Source: Nitrosopumilus sp. (GTDB lineage: Archaea > Thermoproteota > Nitrososphaeria > Nitrososphaerales > Nitrosopumilaceae). From it: 64,000 nt of DNA. The position numbers were made by a program, and so were the translations under genes. The notes beneath the pieces were generated by a model. It ran no database searches, was not told the DNA's origin, and saw nothing but the letters and a program-made list of their open reading frames with translations. The DNA lies in assembly GCA_965207075.1 (NCBI GenBank), contig CBDBLO010000002.1, forward strand, positions 992,001 through 1,056,000. Direction: 5' to 3'. Positions 47,604 through 58,243 of the stretch are shown here, one piece after another (positions within the stretch are counted from its first letter, which is position 1; the number at the start of each line of letters is the position of its first letter).

Positions 47604-47807
47604 TCATCTATGTGGGAACTTTATAAGGAATGTGGCGGTTTTCGTACTGGGATGCATAGCACGCGCTAGGTTTGGTTCCTCTTTAGGATGAGTCGGATAC
47701 GTATCTATGCGGGCATGAATCCCAATACCATGCTTCATCCATTTGCCAGGGTATCAATGCAGTTAGCTAACCGGGCATGCAGTCCCACACGCTTGCCGCA
47801 TAACTCC

Positions 47808-49067
47808 CTAACCATGATTCTTCACGTTTCGTGATCCCTTCTTCCTGGGTTCGCGGTATGTGCTCTTCCTCCCCTCTTCCACACACGTCCAAAAGTCAGT
47901 CTCCTTCTTTAACATCCAGAATGCGATCCTGAGCATCTTGGCCGCCGCCGCGACCTTTGCCTTTGAGCTGCCGCGCTTTTTGCTGAGCCGCTCGTAAAAC
48001 TCGCTGATCGGGGTGGACACCTTCCTGTTCCTTGCAAACGTTACGTGCACTATCACGGCCTCCGCAAGCAGGTGCCTCACCAGCGAGTTTCCAGTCTTTG
48101 TTATGCGTCCATGGTGGACGGTACTGGCGGAGTTTCTCACTGATGGGACCAGTCCGAAGTATGAGGCAAGGTGATCCATGTCAGAAAACCTTGAGATGCC
48201 GCCGATTTCAGACGCCAGCGCGAGCGCAACGACATTGCCTATTCCGGGCATCGTCTTGAGAATTCTGGCGTTCCTGTTTTTCGACACCGCGTCCCGGATC
48301 CTGTTGTCGCAGTCCGTTATGTCCTGGTCTAGGAACGCTATCGCCCTGATGTGCTTTTCTATCCTCCAGTCGTCAAGCTTGTGGAGTTCGCGTACGTATT
48401 GCGACGAAAACGGCTGTCCCGGTATCTTGATTCCCTCCTGCAGCAGTATCGCATGGACGCCGTTCTTGATCCTGGTTCTCTCCTTCACCACCTTGTCCCT
48501 GTACCTGATCAGCTGTCTCTCCTTCACTGTCTTTTCATCAGGTACATAGCATCCAGCAATATAGCCGCCCCGAAGCAGGTCGGCCAGTACCTCCGCGTCC
48601 ACCTTGTCCGTCTTCTTTTTTGACGCGGCGATTCGCTTTGTCGCAAGCGGGTTTGACAGCATGACGTCCAGATTCAGCTTATTTCTGAGAAACCTGTACA
48701 TGCCGTACCACACGGAGGATGACTCCAGCACGCATCTTGAGTTTGCCGGAAGCTTGGAGAACTCTTTCACAACATCCTTGGGATCACACTCCACCCTCTT
48801 GTTCTGGAGAACCTTCCCACCCGACTCCATCAGCGCCACCTGCATGAACTTCTTGTGCAGGTCAATTCCGACGAAATATTCTGGATTGCTGCCCGGGGCC
48901 TCTGCGCAGACCGTCCCGGCAGCCCGCGCCTTCTTCGTCTTGCCCGTACCTGCAACCTTCACGGGCTCACTTTTTTCTATCCCTAATCTTTTCGTTTGCA
49001 TTTTGGCCCTGCGCCGATCACGGCGAATACCATCTGATTTCCGGCCTTGTCGTACTTTGTCTGCCAC
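47808..49067 (-). CDS. IS110-family recombinase/transposase
   Basis: DEDD (GIDLHK, LESS, KTDKVDA), MPGIG, GLVPSVRNS with the catalytic Ser, GRITKTGN. Confidence 0.95.
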   Translation of the reverse strand: MADKVRQGRKSDGIRRDRRRAKMQTKRLGIEKSEPVKVAGTGKTKKARAAGTVCAEAPGSNPEYFVGIDLHKKFMQVALMESGGKVLQNKRVECDPKDVVKEFSKLPANSRCVLESSSVWYGMYRFLRNKLNLDVMLSNPLATKRIAASKKKTDKVDAEVLADLLRGGYIAGCYVPDEKTVKERQLIRYRDKVVKERTRIKNGVHAILLQEGIKIPGQPFSSQYVRELHKLDDWRIEKHIRAIAFLDQDITDCDNRIRDAVSKNRNARILKTMPGIGNVVALALASEIGGISRFSDMDHLASYFGLVPSVRNSASTVHHGRITKTGNSLVRHLLAEAVIVHVTFARNRKVSTPISEFYERLSKKRGSSKAKVAAAAKMLRIAFWMLKKETDFWTCVEEGRKSTYREPRKKGSRNVKNHG

Positions 49068-49442
49068 ATATGGTTAGTTCTATTGCGGCGCCTTGTACCT
49101 GGCATGCCGGCGCGCAAGCCGGAGGCCTTGGTGGCCGCGCCGGACCGCCTGCAGGCGTACTGGTTTCTGTGGCGGCCCGGAGCGTCCGCAATTCTCGACG
49201 GTTGGCCTCGCGGTGACGTCGCGCTTAGCACGTGGCGCGCCATTCGCGCATGGACGCGCTTGGCACAGTTGGCAGTAGGCTCTCGCCCCCTCCACTCCAT
49301 TGTTACATGGAATGGGTTGTGCCACTCCGCGCATCTCGCAGGGCCCGGCCCTGCCACTTGCGGAATCGGGGTATGATTCACAAAAGTTGGACAGCGCCGG
49401 ACATGGAAAAATCGCTAAATAGTGTGGTGCCGCGATAAGGGC

Positions 49443-50648
49443 GTGAACCGGCGGGACAGGGTGATATTCGTGGCCGTACCGGTCGCGACTGCACTGGCAT
49501 TGGGAGGCGCCTTTTTTGCGCTTGCTGGCGACTCAAACGACGTTCTGGATGTAGGCGAACCGGTACTGCCAGAGGCGTTAAGCCAGGAGACGAACTACCC
49601 GTCCGGGAATAACCCCACCATCAAGGTCACTGGCAGCTCCGTGATGATGCTGGAGCCCGATCAGGCAACTATAGGAATCGTTATGAGATCGCAGCCAATG
49701 AACATTACAAGCGCCTTGGCGCAGCAGGAGCAGGAAACCGAGAACCTCGTCGGCGCGATAAGGGGTGCCTTGGGAGAAGAGGACGACTCCACCGAGATCG
49801 AGCAAGGATCATTCGGGCTTCGCCAGTACTACATCGGACAGGAGTCATACTCTAGCATCGAGATGTTCACCGTTCGCTCCACGGTGTCGATCGAGACTGA
49901 CATCGAGCAGTTCTCCAAGGTGGTAAGCCGGCTGACAGGCGAGGGCTATACCTTTGAGAGCGTCTATGCGGGCCCCCGGTTCCAAAGTTCGTTTGCGCTT
50001 GCATCTGGGCCCTTGGGCGCGGCAGACGCCGCGACCGGGGCTGCCGGGGACGAACCGGGAGGCAGCGGAGAAACAGAGGACGAATACGGCCAGATAACAC
50101 TGAACGTTGCCATATCGGCGAGGCCAGCGCCCATTGACGAGGCGGTGGAAGTATATGAGGAGAAGCACCAGAGGCTGCTACAAATCTTGGTCGAGGAGAT
50201 GGGCACGCCCCTTGAAAAGATACAGCCGGCAAGCGTCAACATCGACCCGCTGTACCACGGGCCGCCGAATCAGGACCTGCTCTACACCTACTACTCCCAG
50301 ATCCTCGTAAACACGAGCCCGGAAAATATTGCTAGGATAATATCGGCAGTAGATCCGTACGACGTATTCGTCGAGGATGTCCACATTACCATATCCGATA
50401 AGCAGCTGGCTGGGATTGAGGGGGATCTCAACTTGGCGGCATTCAACAACGCAAAGACAAAGGCCGAGGAGATTGCCGGAATGACCGGACTCGGGATCGG
50501 TGGCGTCCAAAGTATTGAAAGTGTAACGGAGCCGATAGAGCAGCGGAGGGCGTTTTATGGCAACCTGTACAGCGCCGACTCGTGGAGGTACGCGGACACG
50601 TGGAAGGTTGGGGCCACCGTCACGGCAGAGTTCGAGCTGACAAAGTAG
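49443..50648 (+). CDS. Membrane-anchored SIMPL/DUF541 domain protein
   Basis: N-terminal TM, TIKVTGSS..EPDQA, AFNNAKTKAEEIA..G.VQSI. Confidence 0.85.
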   Translation: MNRRDRVIFVAVPVATALALGGAFFALAGDSNDVLDVGEPVLPEALSQETNYPSGNNPTIKVTGSSVMMLEPDQATIGIVMRSQPMNITSALAQQEQETENLVGAIRGALGEEDDSTEIEQGSFGLRQYYIGQESYSSIEMFTVRSTVSIETDIEQFSKVVSRLTGEGYTFESVYAGPRFQSSFALASGPLGAADAATGAAGDEPGGSGETEDEYGQITLNVAISARPAPIDEAVEVYEEKHQRLLQILVEEMGTPLEKIQPASVNIDPLYHGPPNQDLLYTYYSQILVNTSPENIARIISAVDPYDVFVEDVHITISDKQLAGIEGDLNLAAFNNAKTKAEEIAGMTGLGIGGVQSIESVTEPIEQRRAFYGNLYSADSWRYADTWKVGATVTAEFELTK

Positions 50649-50811
50649 CCTTCCCGTTCGGAGAGGACAGTCTGCAGATGGGCCTGGGGATCTGCGCTCC
50701 GACTGTCTCGCCGCTGGCTGATTTTTACAACAGCCGGTTCCATACACTACGATAGATGGCATAGCGGCTACTGCTGCAACAATTGCGGCCGTCTCCGTCG
50801 CTGCGTCCGCG

Positions 50812-51201
50812 TCACTGCTCGGCGTTGTTCTGGCGCACAAGGTCCGCAATGTACGACTCGTACTCGGACATCTCCTGCCTGAACGAGCCGTACGCCCATT
50901 CCTGCTGCGTCGAGTGGCAGTCATGCCTTGTCATCTCCTCCTCTATTGCAGATATCCTCGCCTCAAACGCTGCCAGGCGCCCCGCATCCGCCGGATCAGC
51001 CGCGTCAAGCCCGTCGCGGGCTATCTGGACGAGTATGTCGGCGCCCTCCCTCACCAGGCCCCTGCACTTCTCTATGGCCTCTTTGTCCAAGGACCTGCCC
51101 TGGCCGCCCTCTGAGATCGACATAAACGCGTAAAGCGAGGCCGCTATTGCGGCGGTGATTGCGATTCCTCCGATTATCTTTTTATCCACGCTGTCCATCA
51201 T
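50812..51201 (-). CDS. Hypothetical membrane-anchored protein
   Basis: N-terminal hydrophobic helix; ATGA overlap with the upstream gene. Confidence 0.7.
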   Translation of the reverse strand: MMDSVDKKIIGGIAITAAIAASLYAFMSISEGGQGRSLDKEAIEKCRGLVREGADILVQIARDGLDAADPADAGRLAAFEARISAIEEEMTRHDCHSTQQEWAYGSFRQEMSEYESYIADLVRQNNAEQ

Positions 51202-51623
51202 GCGATCCTCTGGGCCGACCATGTTTCGCCTACCCAGACGCCGGCCACCTCTATGCGGCCGCCTGCGCCACCGTCATTGCCGCCTGCGCCCCCCGCCAGG
51301 CCGTGCTCCCCCTCCCACGCTCCTATGACGCTTACCGCCGATCTGATGTGGCCCTTGTGCTCCTCCTCTGAGACCGGGTTTCCGGCGCAGTCGTGATGTC
51401 CAGACACGACTATGAGCCTCGAACCGTGCTTCTCGACTGAGATGCGCGCCATCTGTATTATCTTTCCGAGGTCGTCGTTGCGGGCTACCCTGCCGTCCAC
51501 TCCGGGCGCGGTTATGGTGTCCACGTAGTCCACCCCGTAGTTCCCCCTTATCCAGTCGTTTAGGACCGTCTGTATCCGGCCGTCCATGCAGCTGATGGAC
51601 GTTGCAAACCTTCCGCCTGCCAT
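51198..51623 (-). CDS. Beta-class carbonic anhydrase-like protein
   Basis: CMDGR and HHDCAG zinc ligands. Confidence 0.82.
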   Translation of the reverse strand: MAGGRFATSISCMDGRIQTVLNDWIRGNYGVDYVDTITAPGVDGRVARNDDLGKIIQMARISVEKHGSRLIVVSGHHDCAGNPVSEEEHKGHIRSAVSVIGAWEGEHGLAGGAGGNDGGAGGRIEVAGVWVGETWSAQRIA

Positions 51624-51704
51624 GGGAACCGTATGGCGCTTCCAAATAAAATCATTCTTATGGCGTTCCGTAGGTGACGTGCTGGCGCATGCTCCGTCGC
51701 CGGG

Positions 51705-52118
51705 TCATGACGACTTTATGCGCATGATCTTGGTCTTGTCCATCACGACCCAGTATTCCACGTTCTGCCCGTTCTCCAGCTTGCCCGCTACCTCGTCGTC
51801 GATCATCGTGACGTCGAGGGTCTCAAACGTCTCGTTGTCCATGACCTGCACGGTGTCGCCTATGATGGATATGATCTGCCCCAGTTTTTTGTTTATCATG
51901 GGCACATGGATCTGCATGCTGACGGGGCCGACGTGAGGCCTCTTCTGGCCGTCGAATATTCCCTCGCCTACGATTCTGGCCTTTGCCGCCCCGTGCTTTC
52001 CGGGCTTTGAGGTGTCGTACTCCACTATGCGGCAGGGTTCCCCGCTCGGCTGGTCGGAGTGCGGCAAAAGTATGTACGAGCCAATCTTGAGTGATCCAAG
52101 ATCTGACGGCTTGCTCAT
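51705..52118 (-). CDS. eif5a: Translation factor aIF5A
   Basis: SKPGKHGAAK hypusine motif. Confidence 0.97.
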   Translation of the reverse strand: MSKPSDLGSLKIGSYILLPHSDQPSGEPCRIVEYDTSKPGKHGAAKARIVGEGIFDGQKRPHVGPVSMQIHVPMINKKLGQIISIIGDTVQVMDNETFETLDVTMIDDEVAGKLENGQNVEYWVVMDKTKIMRIKSS

Positions 52119-52191
52119 GCAAAAAACCGACCGTCCCGAATATTTTAACCCTTGTTTGCAATTGTGCCTGATTTCGCGGCGTCCCCGGTGC

Positions 52192-52797
52192 CTACTTTAG
52201 GCGGTCCAGTATGGACAGGCTCATCATGTTGGTTATGCTGAATCCGCGCCTGTTGATCTCGCGCCTCGTCTGGTCGCAGTACTTGTTGACGCTCTGATAG
52301 CTCTTCTCGCTTGCAACCTCTATCACCACTATGTTGTTCGAGTATGGGAAGTCGAACCTCGGCGGCTGCGGGCTGAACGTCTTCATGCTACCGATGCCCG
52401 CCCTTGCAATCTTCTCCCGGCGCAGCAGCAGCGACGCTATCTCGCTGGCATCGTCCTTGTACTCCCAGTAGTATATGGAGACAAAGTTGGTCTCGCCCTC
52501 GACTTCGCGCTCGAAGAGATCGTCCCTTATGTCGAATACGAACGTCCTCTTCGGATCGCTGTGCATGCCCTCGACGTCCTTTTCTATCTCCTGGCCGTTC
52601 TTGAATTTTGCAAGCAGGTAGTGGTTTGCAGTGTCGGTAAAGTATGGCTTGCTGTCTGCAGAGAACGTGCCCGTGACAAAGAACATGCTCTCTATGTTTT
52701 CAGAGTCCTTCCATGACTCCTTTAATTCTATGGACTCGTGGGTGTGCATGTACGGCGCGCATACGTATCCTGGGCGGATCAGCTCGAGCTCTGACAC
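52192..52797 (-). CDS. Hypothetical protein
   Basis: 201-aa ORF with host-like codon usage. Confidence 0.75.
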   Translation of the reverse strand: MSELELIRPGYVCAPYMHTHESIELKESWKDSENIESMFFVTGTFSADSKPYFTDTANHYLLAKFKNGQEIEKDVEGMHSDPKRTFVFDIRDDLFEREVEGETNFVSIYYWEYKDDASEIASLLLRREKIARAGIGSMKTFSPQPPRFDFPYSNNIVVIEVASEKSYQSVNKYCDQTRREINRRGFSITNMMSLSILDRLK

Positions 52798-52957
52798 GCA
52801 TCTGTGATTGTGCGATAATATTTATGCTTTTGATCGCGGCCGGGGCGCCCGCCCGCGGAAATTTTACCCCGTGCAAAACCCGTCCCCGGCCTTGGCTGTG
52901 CGTGAACCCGTGCCGATCAGGGATGGTTTTTTAATGGCTGTTTCCCAGCACATTTGT

Positions 52958-53078
52958 CCCAAGCTAGCTCAGCCTGGTAGAGCTTCCGGCTGTAGTTGTC
53001 GGCTTATGGCTGACCGAATAACAGCATATCAGGCATACAGAAACCGGGCCGTCGAAGGTTCAACTCCTTCGCTTGGGA
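52958..53078 (+). tRNA. tRNA-Tyr(GUA) with 47-nt intron (about 52996-53042)
   Basis: CCCAAGC/GCTTGGG acceptor, TCCGG-CTGTAG..CCGGG anticodon arm, CTGT/ACAG BHB helix. Confidence 0.92.
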
Positions 53079-53203
53079 CTACAAAACAACCCGCCGTCCG
53101 CCGTCGCCGCCTCCTGGTGGCGGTACTCGGGGCGCAGTGACTGGCGTGGTGTGCATGAAATGAACAAAAATGGATGATGTGCAAAAAACAGACGCTGTCG
53201 TGC

Positions 53204-53392
53204 CTAGAATTTTTTGACTTTTTGAGCGGCGGGGCCCTTTTTACCCTCGCCAACTTCGAACTCTACCTTGTCGCCTTCGTTGATAAATCCGTCAACGTCC
53301 GTCTTGTGAACAAACAGATCATCCCCTGATTCACGCTCGATAAAGCCGTAGCCCTTTACGCGGTTAAACCACTTTACGGTGCCTTGCTCCAT
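53204..53392 (-). CDS. Cold-shock protein
   Basis: GTVKWFN..KGYGFI and LFVH RNP motifs. Confidence 0.95.
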   Translation of the reverse strand: MEQGTVKWFNRVKGYGFIERESGDDLFVHKTDVDGFINEGDKVEFEVGEGKKGPAAQKVKKF

Positions 53393-53538
53393 TTGATTCT
53401 GCGTGTGGCGCTCTCTATATTAACTACGTTATTTGTGCAGGCAGAACGTGGACTGCTGTACCTCCTGGGCGTCTGCCTGCTCTGAGGCGGAGTCCGCGAT
53501 CGACGCGGGGGCGCGCCGCACTACGCGGCCGCGTACGG

Positions 53539-53850
53539 TCAAAAGTCCTTTGGTATGTGGTCGTTGGCCTTTAGCCACTCAACTTGCGGCAGTGTGAACC
53601 GCCACACGATGTCCCCCTTTTCGGCCTCGTTAAAGTCCCAAGGAGCTATAATCACAATGTCGTTGTCCCTTATCCAGACCCTGCGCTTGAGCTTGCCCCT
53701 GATGCGCCCCCTGCGCGTGATGTTGTCGGTGCACTTTACAAGCACGTTCTCGCCTCCGAGTATCTTGAGCACCCTGCCGAACATCTCGCCCTCTTCTGGA
53801 AGACGTATCTCCTTTAGCGCGCTCTCGCTCTTTACCTGACGCTTGCCCAT
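53539..53850 (-). CDS. eif1a: Translation initiation factor aIF1A
   Basis: RIRGKLKRRVWIR.NDIVIIAPWDF. Confidence 0.95.
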   Translation of the reverse strand: MGKRQVKSESALKEIRLPEEGEMFGRVLKILGGENVLVKCTDNITRRGRIRGKLKRRVWIRDNDIVIIAPWDFNEAEKGDIVWRFTLPQVEWLKANDHIPKDF

Positions 53851-54220
53851 GGCATGTACGTCCTAGCTCTGCATATAACTCATGACTTTTGGAGCGCGCC
53901 GTCCGGCATACGCCTTGCAGCACAGCGCGGATACGGCCAGCACCGTTCCGGTGATTGCCGACCGCAGCACAAAGGGGAGCGCCTGCTCACCTTCCATGAG
54001 CCGCGCCGCGTGGGGCGCCTAATGCGTCTGCCGTTAAACCACGGGTGCGCGCTTGGGCCGATCGAGCCAGCCCCGTCTCAGGACCCGCGGCGCCCGGGCG
54101 CGAACCCGGGACATGTCTGAGGATGTGCCGGAGCGTGACGCGCCGCCGCGTGGACGGCGGCTGTATGCGCGGTTGCCGGCAATGCAAAAGAGATTTTTAT
54201 CTGGAGGGGACAGCGCCCCC

Positions 54221-54793
54221 GTGGCCGACTTTCACTGCGTCCCTGAGTGCTCCGACTGCTGCACATACCGCGAGTACTATCCTGACAAGAGGTTCGGCAA
54301 GGTGGGCGTCTTGATACTCCCTGAGGAGCGCGACAGGATTGCAAAGCTGGCCTCCGACCAGGGGGTGCGGGTGCACATACTTCCGAGAGTCGGGGTCTCG
54401 GAGGCGGGAGGCGCGGGGCCGTCCCGGATAGTCGCGTACCAGATGATGGGCAGGGACGCCAACGGTGACACGTGCCCGTTTCTTGATACGTCTGGAGCCT
54501 CAAAGTCGCCGCACGGGGGTCACCCGTGCCGCGTATACGGGCAGAGGCCGCTAGCCTGCTCCGCATACCCGCTGAGCGGGCGCAACCCTCAGGTGCTGGA
54601 TCCAAAGTGCAGGTACTGCAGGGAATGCGGCCCGTCGGCAGACGGCAACCTCGAGTCCGAGGAGCGGGCCCTGTTGAAGATAGAGCGCAGCGTTGCATCC
54701 GACCTGCCTGCGGTCTGGCGATTCGCGACCGGGATCGGGGAGGAGGCGGACCGTGCGCATTTTCTTGAGCCCGGCTGGGTGCGTGACTGCTGA
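54221..54793 (+). CDS. YkgJ-family cysteine cluster protein
   Basis: FHCVPECSDCC, CPFL, CRVY..RPLACSAYP; GTG start inferred from the TTTTTAT box. Confidence 0.85.
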   Translation: MADFHCVPECSDCCTYREYYPDKRFGKVGVLILPEERDRIAKLASDQGVRVHILPRVGVSEAGGAGPSRIVAYQMMGRDANGDTCPFLDTSGASKSPHGGHPCRVYGQRPLACSAYPLSGRNPQVLDPKCRYCRECGPSADGNLESEERALLKIERSVASDLPAVWRFATGIGEEADRAHFLEPGWVRDC

Positions 54794-54906
54794 TTGCCGG
54801 TAGTCGTACCCGTGGCGGTCTCCGGACTGCGGCCGCCAAGCGACGGTAGGGGCAGCAGCAGCAGCACCTGCGACTCTGCGCGCCGCGCAAACGGCGCCCT
54901 GCACGC

Positions 54907-55959
54907 CTAGGGGTTTATGACCGCCCTGCCGATTATCTTGCGCTCCTTTAACGCGGTAAGCGCGTCGTTTGCCTCGGCGAGCGTATACTTTTTTGATATG
55001 ATGGGGTTGATGACGCCGTCCTTTGCGAGCTTTATCAGCTCCGTCATGTCGGTGTAGTTGCCCGTGTATGCCCCCTGTATGACTATTGACTTTAGCGGTA
55101 TCGTAACGAGTGACATCTCAATCGAGCCCCCGAAGAGCCCTACCATTACCATGTTGCCCCTCTTGCGCAATATGTCGAGCCCGAGCCTTGCGGTGGGCGG
55201 GGCGTTTACAAAGTCCACCACGCTGTCGGCCCCCTTTTGGTTGCATATCGACATTATCGCCTTGTCCGCCCCCGGCTCCTTTGAGTTTACGGTGTAATCC
55301 GCGCCCATCTCCGACGCCGTCCTCAGCTTTTCATCGTCCAGATCAACGCAGATTACCTTTGCTTTTGTGATCGCCTTTGCCACCTGTATGCCCATCAACC
55401 CGAGCCCGCCTGCCCCTATGATCACCATGTACTCGGGGGAGTTGGCGTTTGCCTTTTTTATCGCCGTGTATGCCGTGAGGCCCGAGCACGCAAGCGACGT
55501 GGCCGTATCGGCTCCGACGCCGTCCAGCCTTGCCAGGTACCTGTGGCTTGGTATCATTACATAGTCCGCGTACCCCCCGTCCTGGAATATGCCCATCGAC
55601 CTCGGGGTGTCACAGAGGTTCTCGTTTCCCGCCGCGCATGCGGGACATTCGGTGCACCCTATCCAGGGGTATACCAGGACCCTGTCGCCCTTTGAGAAGC
55701 CGGACGTTCCGTCGCCTGCCTCCTCGACGGTGCCGGCTATCTCGTGCCCGGGGGTTACGGGATACTTTACGCCCCTGTCGGTAACCTTCATGAACTTGCC
55801 ATCGCCAAGGTCGTATCCTCCCTCCCACAGGTGGAGATCGCTGTGGCAGACGCCGACGGCGTCGACCTTTACCAGCACCTGCTCGCCTGACGGGCGCGGC
55901 GTCTCGGTACTGACTGCTTCTAGGGGCTTGCCGGGGCCCACTATCTTGGCCGAGTTCAT
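54907..55959 (-). CDS. Zinc-dependent alcohol dehydrogenase
   Basis: GVCHSD, PGHE, CTECPAC..C, GAGGLG. Confidence 0.95.
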   Translation of the reverse strand: MNSAKIVGPGKPLEAVSTETPRPSGEQVLVKVDAVGVCHSDLHLWEGGYDLGDGKFMKVTDRGVKYPVTPGHEIAGTVEEAGDGTSGFSKGDRVLVYPWIGCTECPACAAGNENLCDTPRSMGIFQDGGYADYVMIPSHRYLARLDGVGADTATSLACSGLTAYTAIKKANANSPEYMVIIGAGGLGLMGIQVAKAITKAKVICVDLDDEKLRTASEMGADYTVNSKEPGADKAIMSICNQKGADSVVDFVNAPPTARLGLDILRKRGNMVMVGLFGGSIEMSLVTIPLKSIVIQGAYTGNYTDMTELIKLAKDGVINPIISKKYTLAEANDALTALKERKIIGRAVINP

Positions 55960-56053
55960 GGACTGCCTCCCTGAGGTTACAATATAAGAGTTGACTGAAA
56001 ACTAAAGAAAAATAAACAGATATCTATTTCTGCATGGGGCTGCCATACTGCGC

Positions 56054-56953
56054 ATGGCCGCACATGCAGACGGCGGGGGGAGCAACGCTGCATACGACGA
56101 CTCGCCGGATGGCGGGGCCGTTGCCGACGACGCCCCTGCTGCGGCAGGCACGCCCGAGAGCATATCGCAGGAGCCGATCAACGTCCTGTTTGCCTCCCAC
56201 TCATCAGTGGCAAAGCGCGACGTGTGGGAGATCGACCTGATTCAGATACTCGACATGCTGGTCCGCATACTGGAAAAATCGGACAAAAAGGACCTGAGGG
56301 TTGCCGGAATGGCGGCGCTCTCCTCGTCGCTCATATACCGGATGAAGGTGGAGAGCATCTCGGCCCTTCACAAGGCCGCCATGGAGCGCGGGACCGCGCC
56401 GGTGAGGAGGGATCCGCCTGACATAGAGATGATTGGAATCCCGTACCGGCACGAGTCGACATATCCCGTGTCACTCGACGACCTGCTTGCAATGCTCCAG
56501 AATCTGATAGGAACGATGGCGAACCCGCGCTCCCGCCCCAGGCGTAGGAGCATGCTGGAGCCTGCAGAACCGCCGGCCTTTGAGAACTACATGCTGTCCC
56601 TTGAGAGCGAGATAGACGCGTACCGAGACATGATAATGGCGAAGATTGCCGAGACGGGGCGGGGCATACTGCAGGATATCACTGTAAACCTTAACGCCAT
56701 TGACTCGATAAAGTGCTTTTTTGCGGCCCTGTTCCTTGCCCGGGACCGGATGGTCGACCTAGAGCAGGCCGGGGATGACATACGCATAACGGCGATACCG
56801 CACACGGAAGGCATGCCAGACGGAGGCGCCGACCCGGACGGCGGTGTTATCGCCGCCGCTGATGCGAATGATGATGCTGAAGGTGATACTGGCACTGGCG
56901 TTGGCACCGGTAGTGGCAGTGCCGCTGAGAACGGCGGCGGCGACGGGGCGTGA
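56054..56953 (+). CDS. scpA: Segregation/condensation protein A (kleisin)
   Basis: DVWEIDL, IYRMK, FFAALFLA..VDLEQ; adjacent to scpB. Confidence 0.85.
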   Translation: MAAHADGGGSNAAYDDSPDGGAVADDAPAAAGTPESISQEPINVLFASHSSVAKRDVWEIDLIQILDMLVRILEKSDKKDLRVAGMAALSSSLIYRMKVESISALHKAAMERGTAPVRRDPPDIEMIGIPYRHESTYPVSLDDLLAMLQNLIGTMANPRSRPRRRSMLEPAEPPAFENYMLSLESEIDAYRDMIMAKIAETGRGILQDITVNLNAIDSIKCFFAALFLARDRMVDLEQAGDDIRITAIPHTEGMPDGGADPDGGVIAAADANDDAEGDTGTGVGTGSGSAAENGGGDGA

Positions 56954-57113
56954 ATGTGGGCATTGGCGTCGTGCACGAGTCTGGGGCCTGGGATGGGCGC
57001 CGACACTGCCGCTGCCGTCGTAGCCGCAGCGGCCGCGCACCGTTACTGCCGGGGACGTATGTCACACCGCGGTGCAATGTAGGGGTGGGCGCGCAACGGC
57101 AAAGGTAACTGAC

Positions 57114-57632
57114 ATGAACGAGGCGACCGCGCGGGTGGAGGCCGCCCTGTATTCTGCCGGCAGGCCGCTCAGCGAGGACGCTCTTTTGCGCGCGTCTGGG
57201 ACCGAGTCGCGCGTCAAGACCCAGTCCATAATCAACAACATCGTGAAAAAGACGTGCTCTGTGTTCAAGGCAATAGAGGTGGTACAGCTGCCTGACGGCT
57301 CGTACGTGATGCAGCTAAAGCCCGAGTACAGCTCTACCATAAAGCGCTACGCGTCAAAGCCGATACTTCCCAAGGCCACCCTCAAGACCCTCTCGTACAT
57401 CGCGTGGGCGCAACCAATAGCCTCCCGGCAGCTGGTCGAGACGCGCGGGACCGGGGTGTACTCGCATCTGAAGGAGCTGGTACAGCTTGACTACATCAGG
57501 TATGAGAGCGCGGGCCGCATCAAGATCTACTCCACAACGGAAAAGTTCCAGAAATACTTTGGGATCAAAGGGGACGCCGAGGACCTAAAGGAGCGGCTCT
57601 TTTCAAAGAGGAGAAAGACCGCCGGGGACTAG
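57114..57632 (+). CDS. scpB: Segregation/condensation protein B
   Basis: VEAALY, TLSYIAWAQPI, YSTTEKFQKYFG. Confidence 0.92.
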   Translation: MNEATARVEAALYSAGRPLSEDALLRASGTESRVKTQSIINNIVKKTCSVFKAIEVVQLPDGSYVMQLKPEYSSTIKRYASKPILPKATLKTLSYIAWAQPIASRQLVETRGTGVYSHLKELVQLDYIRYESAGRIKIYSTTEKFQKYFGIKGDAEDLKERLFSKRRKTAGD

Positions 57633-57793
57633 CCCGTGCCTGCCTCGCCCGCCCGCGTTAGTCGCCCCGCACCGCGCCCTGTCTGGCGCCCCTGCGTGAC
57701 TGTGGTGGCTTGGGGCAGTTCTGCCGGATTCCCCCCCGGGATGCCCGGAAGCTCACTCGGTTTGTATAAATTAGAGCGGTCCATCCGCATGCC

Positions 57794-58183
57794 ATGCGAA
57801 AGTCCGTAGAGAACCTGGCAACCAGCAAGACCACCGGCGGAAGGAGGCACCCCTTGCGCATACGCCGCAAATACGAGACTGACAGGTACCCGAACGAGGC
57901 GGTCAACGGGGCCCAGGAGACGATAACGCGCCACGTCAGGGGGCGCAACCGCAAGACGGCGCTGAAGTCAATCGACTTTGTCAATCTGGCGACGGGTGGG
58001 GCGAAAGTCAAAAAATCAAAGATAGTAAAGGTGCTCGACAACGCCACCAACAACGACTACAAGAGGCGCGGAATCATAACAAAGGGGGCCGTACTGGAAA
58101 CCGAGGACGGCAGATGCCGCGTACTCTCAAAGCCTGGGCAGACCGGGGTTGTCAACGCCATTCTGATTACGGCAGAATCATAA
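57794..58183 (+). CDS. rps8e: 30S ribosomal protein S8e
   Basis: KTTGGR, RGIITKGAVLET, SKPGQTGVVNA. Confidence 0.95.
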   Translation: MRKSVENLATSKTTGGRRHPLRIRRKYETDRYPNEAVNGAQETITRHVRGRNRKTALKSIDFVNLATGGAKVKKSKIVKVLDNATNNDYKRRGIITKGAVLETEDGRCRVLSKPGQTGVVNAILITAES

Positions 58184-58243
58184 CCTGCAGGGCTGACTCG
58201 ATCCTGCATGCCGTGTAATTGCGCGGCGGTATATTCAGTGCGT

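Noticed and set aside
49300-49440. Right attachment site closing the tRNA-Arg island
   Set aside because: No copy of the tRNA 3' end was found here, so the island's right boundary remains undefined.
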